From Octopus vulgaris (Eukaryota): a stretch of DNA of 64,000 nucleotides. The DNA is taken from contig OX597822.1 in the NCBI GenBank assembly GCA_951406725.2, positions 53,506,001 through 53,570,000 of the forward strand. Direction: 5' to 3'. The translations under genes were made by a program, and so were the position numbers. Under the pieces are notes generated by a model. That model did not search any database. It was not told where the DNA came from and saw nothing but the letters and a program-made list of their open reading frames with translations. Position 1 is the stretch's first letter. Each line of letters begins with the position of its first letter. Shown one piece after another: positions 55,128 through 64,000 of this stretch.

Positions 55128-55966
55128 CAGAGTGCGGTGAATAAACTGTCGTCTAAATTACGCAAACATGAAAATAACACTGACATCTCATTTTAACAAA
55201 TATATATACTAAAATTGCATAAAAATATCTTGAAATACTAAAAAGTGAATTTATTCAATAAAATCACCACTGACTTCAATCGCAGCCTCCAGACGACTTC
55301 ACAATCTCCTGCAACTCTTCTGGACGGTCTCCTTGTTTAACTTGGTGAATGCTGCTATAATTCTTTAGTTCATCTTTGGTGTTACAAGGAGTTTTGTTGG
55401 TCTTTCGCTCAACTGCGCCCCACACATAATAATCAAGGGGATTGCAGCCTGGGGACAGATGTTGGGGGTGATATGATCGTAGAAATTGTCTGACCGCCAT
55501 GACTGGTTTCTCCTGCTTCTGTGGCATGGTCCAGAGTCCTGTTGCCAGCAACCACACTCTTAACTCCGGGCAGCACTATCTCCTCCAGGCACTTCATATA
55601 GGCCTCCGTGTTGAGTCTGTGGCCGTGTGGGAGGATAAACGGAGGCATAACGTCGCCATCACTAGTGATCACTCCAAACACCATGATGTTGACTGGATGT
55701 TTGATTTTTATCACTCTCGGTACATGTCCTCAGATTGTACTGTACTCTGAAAAGTTTGTATTGGAACTTTCGACGCGAACGCCAAGCAGTACAGTATGTC
55801 GTTTCCCAATTTCTGGCAGAGTGTATTGCGTCATGGTGCTGTTTTTTCTCACAGACAATGCCCAACTGACCCTACTATACTGTGTCGTTGACAAAGTCAA
55901 AAACAAACAATGCGCATGCTCGAAATAAAAAATATGAAATGGCGCCAGTTTACCCATCGCATCCTG
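55128..55966 (-). mobile_element. Tc1/mariner superfamily DNA transposon (maT/DD37D-like), deleted and frameshifted
   Basis: Imperfect TIRs TA|cagagtgcggtgaataaactg and cagtttacccatcgcatcctg|TA. Transposase pieces KHPVNIMVFGVITSDGDVMPPFI..NTEAYMKCLEEIVLP and CNPLDYYVWGAVE. Confidence 0.88.
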
Positions 55967-56026
55967 TATATACATACATACATACATACATACATACATA
56001 CATACATACATACATACATACATACA

Positions 56027-56059
<33 letters not shown>

Positions 56060-56338
56060 GTAAGTATGTATATGTACATATAAACGACTGGTTTCTTCCA
56101 GTTTCCGTCTACCAATTCAACTTATTAGAATTTAATCGGCCCCAGGGCTTTGGTAAAACACACTCGCCGCGCAAATTACCACAACGTGGAACTGAACCTT
56201 GAACTTTGTGTTTGGGAAGCCAGCCTCCTAATCACACACCCGCGATGAAAAGAAGTGTGCATTAACTTCCTTTCCCGAACGTATACCATCTTATCTTTCA
56301 TTATTTCATTTCTCTATATAGTGTTTTTCGTGTGTGTG

Positions 56339-56428
<90 letters not shown>

Positions 56429-57194
56429 GCTAATCTCAGGCGATATAATGGTTTGTTTTTGGCTTTTGTATTATTTTCTCTCTTCGGAACTAACGTTATA
56501 TGATATCTAGTAGCACATAATGACCACATTATTTGCAGCCTTATCGAAGCAAACTTTTTATGTAAAGATCCTAAGTACATATTCACTTTTGCTTCACTCA
56601 TCAAAGTATTGGCTCTACTTTAATTCATCGATCTTCAAAGGCAGAATTTTATCTTTCCATTTGCCAAGATGTTTTCTGTTGTGTTTTTCTTTGATCGATG
56701 CAGATTTTAGTCACAAGCCGGGTTATGTTCGTGTATGAGTGTGTATGCGTGTATGTGTGTGTCTGTGTCTGTGTATGAGTTTGTGTGTGTGTGTGATGCA
56801 TTTATTCTTTATTCTGTTAGAGCTAGTATATTGTTCTATGCTATAACAGTGTTCCATCTTCTCCATATTAGCTAACTGATTATTTTGGGTAATCCGAAGA
56901 TTTCCTGTAAAATGTGACCGAAATATCAATCTCAGAATTCTTATGTTGAATTTTCAGAGTAATTTAGATAAAACTATAGGAAGCGTTGTAAAGCAATAGT
57001 TAAGCTTTCGATCGATAAATAACGAAATGTAGTTTCAATCCTCGCTGAGAGTTTGTTCATTTCGTTCACTACGCTAATCTCTGCTGAGAAAACATGCACA
57101 ATTAACTTGCCATTTCCTCTCCGCAAAAACTGGAAGTCTAAGTATTTGATCAAATGAAGAAACAAACTCTACGCAGATAAATACACGCACATGT

Positions 57195-57226
<32 letters not shown>

Positions 57227-57289
57227 TAAATAAAATGAGTCTACAAAGCCAAGACTGTGTGGAATTTGCAATGGGATCATCTGTCAGAA

Positions 57290-57980
57290 GAATTTTCCCA
57301 TACTATTTTGCAAATTGGAGAAGGAAGGTTAGGTATCAATCATGAAGGGGACTTGAATCCATCAAAAATCTGCACCTTAGTCAGTCGGTAGAGAAAGTTA
57401 TTGAAAATGTTTTTCCAAGTATAATTTCAAAATACACAAATGCTGCTTGTTTGTGCGTTACTGTGAATAATTTAAATGAAAGACTCGAGAAACCTTTACC
57501 AGGAAACGAGCATACTTGCAAATCTATAGACTCTGTTGTGGATGAATCGGAAATAGTCAATTACTCGGTTGAATTATTAAACAAACTGCAGCCACCAGGA
57601 ACTCCTCCTCGTTGCTTTCCATTGAAAATAGGCGCTCCAATCAGGCTTCTGCGCACACTTTCTCAACCAAAGTTCTGCAATGGCACAAGACTTGTCAAGA
57701 AATTAATGAGCAATGTCATACAGGCCATCATAATTTCTGGCTGTACAAAAAGGTGAAGATGTTTTTATTCCTCGCTTACCTTTAATACCTTCCAATATGC
57801 CCTTCGTGTTCAAATGACTTTAATTTCCACTACGTCTGTCTTTTGCGATGTCCATTAATACATCCTAAGTTCGACTTTGACAGTTGCTGATTTCTCACAC
57901 TGTCAGCTATATATTGGGACATCCAGAGTGAGGAGCAAGAACAATCTTTTCATTTTTGCCCCTACTATTAAAACCCGAAA
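57290..57980 (+). pseudogene. Helitron-type PIF1 helicase C-terminal remnant
   Basis: Contains [74 protein letters not shown] and TRNIVYKEV, with stops and frameshifts. Confidence 0.88.
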
Positions 57981-58579
57981 CATTGTCTATAAGGAAGTTT
58001 TTTTTACCATGGGACCAACAAACTAAGGTTCTCAGAATGATTGATAACTTTGAAGTGATATGTCAACGTCACACTATATTCGTCTAAGCAAAGCTATTTG
58101 TATTTTCGTTTGTTGTAATACTTAAGTTCAATAAATTATAGTACATAAGCTTTTAGTTTTCCCCGAGCTTAAATTTACTTATCTTGTAAGCCAAAGTCTG
58201 AGCGATGTTTGCTTCATTTATGGACTGAAATACTATAGATCATAGATCAGAAGTTTATATGTACCCATGATAATACTGGCCAATAGAAAACAGCTCTATC
58301 GTCTACATGAAAGTTAATAACCATTTCTTATATATATACAATCTAAGTGAAGGACTTTCAATATTCATAGTACAATTTTGGTGGGTTTTTTCAACCCAGT
58401 CAATGGCAAGTGCTTCTGCTAGTATATATATCAAATAATCATAATCCAGCGAAGCAAACCCAGTATTTACCCATCGGATGGGATTACTTAACATAAGCAC
58501 TCCTAGGCGCTCCTTACAACTCGATGTGGTTAGCCTGAACCCGGATTCTAATCGAGTGCTCGTACGCTAACCGCGAGGA

Positions 58580-58628
<49 letters not shown>

Positions 58629-58680
58629 CGTACTTAATATATTATAATATAAATTTATCGTTATAATATCTTATTGTATG

Positions 58681-58726
<46 letters not shown>

Positions 58727-59825
58727 TTAACTTTCATGCTTGGATAGTAGCGTTTTCGGGCGAGCTTGTATAGCGTGCGGTGTACAGTCCAACATTCCTC
58801 CATAGCACACTATGCCGGTCCTCCGATTATGATACTAGCAAGGTATGGAACTTGTAGGTTCATGCTCTTCCCTGAAGAGAATACTTTTTGTTTATCTTGC
58901 CACGAGAAGATGCTAGGGCAAGTAGAGAATGCATAAGAATACTAACTTAGTATTCGGACGGATCGATTCTTAAATTTCAACTTCTTAATCGGAGTAAAGC
59001 ACTCCACAAGCAGATGAGTTGGTTAGAAGAAATGTTCGTGCGGATATAAACGAGAAAAAGATGGAGAAACAATTATAGGAATAAGGAATGCATTTATACG
59101 AGATGCTACATATATTTTTACGGACTGTAAATAAGCCAAGCCGTTACAGCTGTTCCAAATATGCACCGAATAGTTGATATTATCATACATATCATGCAAA
59201 AAGGTGTACCTTATGTGTCAATATTTCTCAGAAGCAAATAAACAAACATACTTCAACACATGGGAATTTTGATACATGCAGTAGACACAATATATTTTTC
59301 GTATGTCAAAGTAGACACAGAATATATTTTTCATATGTCAAAGTTCATGTGTGTTGATAATACGCTTGCTTATATACTTTTGAATAATATCGTTCATAAC
59401 ATTCACTATAATATCAGCCATTCTCTGAATATTTAAAACAGATGTAAAATTTATTTCCATCCTATAACTATACGTAACATCTCGTATATCTTTTCATTCG
59501 TAATCGTTTGTCTCATTCCTCTTTGATATATATGTGTGTGTGTGTGAGTGTGTGGATGTGGATGTGTGTGCATGTACGTACGTACGTGTGTGTGCGTGGG
59601 GATGCGTGTGTGTGTGTGTGTGTGTGAGTGGTGTTAGGATTAATTGGAGGCTTCAAGATTCTCCAAGCAGTGTATTCAATTAGTGGTTGAATAAGTCTCG
59701 ACAAAATAAATCTGAAATCCCAGACAACTCTAACGCGATTGATAAATTTCCCCCCTGCTAGTTACATAAAGAAAACCACATGGTTAGTAAATTTGTTTTA
59801 TATAAATTTTATTGATCAACAACAT

Positions 59826-60206
<381 letters not shown>

Positions 60207-60220
60207 TGGAAGGTTTAAGT

Positions 60221-60710
60221 CTATTTGCCAACGCAACGTGGCACTCCTGCGCAGGACGATGTTACTTTTTTTATCCCCATGAAAACATCTTTTCTAGCTG
60301 GCTACAGACACATGATCTATGTCCATCTACTGTGAGCAAGGGAGTCTACTGCTACCTTTCTAGTCGTAGCGATACCTGTAAACAAATGGTTTCTGGGTAA
60401 ATTCCCTCCATCGGTACAGGACAAGCGCCGTCGCTCTTGCTCACAGTATATACTTTTGAAGTGACACACTGTCACTGATCTCTGAAAGGGAAAAACAACT
60501 AGTTTTAAATCTCCAAGCGAGACATATGTAATAACAGTACCGTACAGTAAAATCTATTTGCCAACACAAAGTGGCAGTCCTACGCAGAACGATGTTACCA
60601 CTTTTTAGCCCCTGGAAATCATCTTTTCCAGCTGGCTACCAACACATGACCTGTGTCCGTATGCTGTCACGTTGCGTTGGCAAATATACTTTACTGTTCG
60701 GTGCTATTAC
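60221..60710. mobile_element. MITE-like element (60528-60710, ~50-bp TIRs) plus an upstream direct copy of its left part (60221-60325)
   Basis: gtaata..accgtacagtaaaatctatttgccaacacaaagtggcag is the inverse of ctgtcacgttgcgttggcaaatatactttactgttcggtgctattac. Confidence 0.65.
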
Positions 60711-60768
60711 TACGTATTTCTCGCTCAGATACTTAAAACTATATATATATTATAAAACTATATATATA

Positions 60769-61065
60769 TTATAAACAATTTATAAGTAAGGGAAAAAGAA
60801 AAAATTTTCTAATGCCAAAATATGCTGAAAATAGACACAGCGTCAATAACCATTATAATTCGTCACTACATAAGGTTCTTATGAACTAACTCTGAAATCG
60901 GGTCCGATATGGTAATAACGGGATTTTTTAGAAATTTCTGTCGGCTTTCTTTGAAACACGTGCTTGTAGTGACGAATTATAATGGTTATTGACGTTGTGT
61001 CTATTTTCGGCATATTTTGGCATTAGAAACTTTTTCTTTTGCCCTTACTTATAAATTGTTTATAA
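60769..61065. repeat. Long inverted repeat: ~100-bp arms (60769-60870 and 60965-61065) with a ~94-bp spacer
   Basis: ttataaacaatttataagtaaggg...tcaataaccattataattcgtcactaca and its reverse complement, with only a few mismatches. Confidence 0.9.
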
Positions 61066-61143
61066 ATTTAACCTTTAAAGGTTTTTTTTTTTTAATATGC
61101 TGACCATTGATAGAATTTTTTTCGAAAAATTTTATCCTACATT

Positions 61144-61205
<62 letters not shown>

Positions 61206-61329
61206 CTGAAGAAATAAAATTAATCAACAGATATACTAAGTATGACTTCTTGCTGGAAATAACAGTCAAAACTCTTACTTAAATTGGTAACACGTGCTGA
61301 GGTGGGTGAGGCTATAATGCCAGTCCAGA

Positions 61330-61756
61330 AACCGGTCTTTTGAAGTGTTTGAGGGAGGACATATCGCGAAAGCGACCGGATCTGTGGAGCGCGAAGAATT
61401 TGATTCTTCCCGACGACAATGCACCCTGTCACCAAGCTCTCTTCACTTGTGAGTTTCTCGCCAAAAACAATCACCAAATTTAGACCTGCGGACTTTTATT
61501 TCTTCCCAAAGATGAAAATGATGCTCAAAAGTCTCAGTTTTAACACCGTTATCGAGATCGAGAGCAAATTGCAGAAGGTCTTTGACTCGATTACGGAAAT
61601 CGACTTCTAGCCCGGATTTGAAAAGTGGCAGGAATGCTGGGACTGGTGTATTGCTGCGCAAAGTGACTATTTTAAAGGAGCTCATGTTAAAACTTAGGTA
61701 TATATGTTATTTTTTATTAAGCATAACTAGTCCAGGAACTTTTTGATACCACCTCG
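61330..61756 (+). mobile_element. Mariner transposase C-terminal remnant with right TIR
   Basis: Encodes LREDISRKRPDLW..DDNAPCH..PADFYFFPKMK..W..CIAAQSDYFKG and ends agtccaggaactttttgataccacctcg|TA. Confidence 0.88.
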
Positions 61757-62426
61757 TATATATATGATAAAAACAGCGAAATTCCGTACAGATTCCATCT
61801 ACGAATCACTAGATGGAGACGGACTATGAACCAAGGGTTCTAATGGAAAATACTTTCCAAAAGTGCAAAATTGTAAGATCGAACCTGAAACGAGGTGGAA
61901 CGAATTACTGAAGAAAATAATATTTGTGAGAACATAGGCCTACTGATAGCATGGTTAACTAAAGGATACATTATTTTTGTTTATTAAATATTCTAACATT
62001 AAAGTGAACGTCCAACCTTTTTTGAATTTTCGCAACGATCAGCGTTTCGCTTAACCGTGATGTCTATCCTGGATTTTAAAAGATTCCCGAGCCAGGCAAG
62101 AATCTGAAGTCCAAATACTTCCGACACCACAGTATTATTCGCACATTTTTTGATGCATCTATCACATACATTTGTGTGGGTGGGATGCCGTCCATCTAAC
62201 TGGACGGCAGCATTCTCAACAGCATTAACCGCAGTAATTGTATATTCCCTCTCAATATCTTTTATTATTACAACAAAACAATATCTTCATGGTTAATGTT
62301 ACAATGTAGTATATTATTCACCAAAAGCATAGACATTATATATATCCACTTTCTCCTAATGTATCTCACCCTAGAACGCATTCTAGGTAAATACATTATT
62401 CAGTATTATTCAGTAAATTTTTCTCT

Positions 62427-62473
<47 letters not shown>

Positions 62474-63741
62474 TCACTGCAACACAACATCTTTTGTGAT
62501 CTAACTTGATTTTATAATGTAGTAAAAATTCACCAAGAGCACAGAAGATATATATGTTCCCTTTCTCTAGTTAGTTCTAGTGTATCACACCTAAGAATGT
62601 GTATTAACAAAATTTGTCGTTCAGTATTTCCTACTCATAGCCTCTTCCTATCTTGTACCTTCAGAGAGCAACCGACAGAAGCTAAAATAAACGTTAGCTG
62701 CATTGATTCAGCTAGTTATCCTCAAGAGAATGTGAATAGGCAAGTGAATTGGGTACAAGACAATCGATAATTGAACGAAACTAAAGCAGTGTGTCCATAA
62801 CTCGGCATATAACTATTAGCATCTGAGGCTACCTAATGCATGACAGATATTACTGTGTGGCATAATTAACCTTTAAAAGGAGCAGTATCTCTCTATAGCC
62901 ACTTCTATAAGGAGCACTAACCATAAGGATTTGAAAATATTTTGCTGATCTGTAATAGAAGGTTTTTCTTTCAGCAGAAAAACAATTACCTACAATAGAC
63001 TAGGGTCTCCCTCATCCAGGGATGAAAAGCTATGGGCACGAGTTCTTTTCGATCGATTATTTAATAATTTGTTATGTAGACGCAAGACCTCAAATTTAGG
63101 GGAAGGGCACATTCGATTACAACGAACCCAATTGCTAACCGATCCAGCATTTTACCGGGTCCGAAAGGTTAAGAGGTAAAGTTGGTCTCGGTGAGAATTG
63201 TTATTCATAAGAAAAATGAATGTGGGCCAGAGTCAAAGTCTGACTCTAGGAACATTTGATAGAGTTAACAGATAGATTAGCTTTAACATAAATGAGATAT
63301 ATTGATGGCGAAAGCATTATAATGAATTGGCTAGTTGGTTGTTTGATGGAAAATATAAATATGTTTGCAGAAAATTATAGTTAGAGAGAGTCATGAAGAT
63401 AAACAGAGACATAGAACAACAACGGGGGGAGGTGAAATAAAGGAAAGAAACAGATAATTAGACATTAGAGCGACAGCCATACAGACATACATGCAGACTG
63501 TCAGGCAAAAAAAGGAAGAAGAGAGAGGCTTTGTTGTCGGAATATCTCTGGTTTTCCAGCTGAATGAATCTTCCATCAATTGAAGTAATGGTATTACAAC
63601 TGAGATTGCAACCGAATCAGAATGCTGTGATGATCAGTGTAAACATATTAACTGCTGATAAGATCATTCCCCTAGAGGGCTGTTTATGTGAGGAGATGGA
63701 GAACAGTTGAAATTTCTCGGGAAACGTTTCGTCGGGAAAGG

Positions 63742-63810
<69 letters not shown>

Positions 63811-64000
63811 TAATAATAACTAATAGTAATAGGAATTTCTGACTATAGTAATATTTCTCTGTGGAACATAAGTAAAAGCAAACATATTCTCAATAACAAG
63901 ATAACGTTATTTATGGTTATTTAGAGTAATCCTAAGTCGAAATATTGGCATTTAACGGCCTATGGAATGGTGTTACGATGAGATAAAACAAAATATTTGC

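Noticed and set aside
57451-57756. Host PIF1 helicase gene
   Set aside because: It is intronless, has stops and frameshifts, and carries Helitron-type C-terminal motifs, so it is a transposon fossil.

Overview
This is AT-rich, microsatellite-saturated eukaryotic DNA with no convincing host protein-coding gene; the only candidate is one small exon at 48281-48329. The SINE families and the (TA)n/(TTA)n/(TACA)n landscape suggest a coleoid cephalopod such as octopus, which is an inference. Nearly all long ORFs in the track are microsatellite read-throughs or decayed transposon pieces. Recognisable elements are: a Penelope-like retroelement (RT plus GIY-YIG, 12.5-14.6 kb); about 10 R4/Dong-type non-LTR retrotransposon copies, mostly in (TTA)n tracts and stacked at 18-31 kb; several tRNA-derived SINE families; Tc1/mariner remnants; a Helitron PIF1-helicase remnant; and MITE-like inverted repeats. 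The most notable signal is a set of minimal hammerhead-ribozyme (HHR) motifs in small non-coding insertions. The best case, 32621-33146, has a tRNA-like Pol III head, an (AAT)n spacer and a hammerhead, is duplicated back-to-back, and sits inside another SINE with a perfect 15-bp target-site duplication. It looks like a Penelope-mobilised, ribozyme-bearing SINE or retrozyme. All motifs were read by eye and no searches were run.
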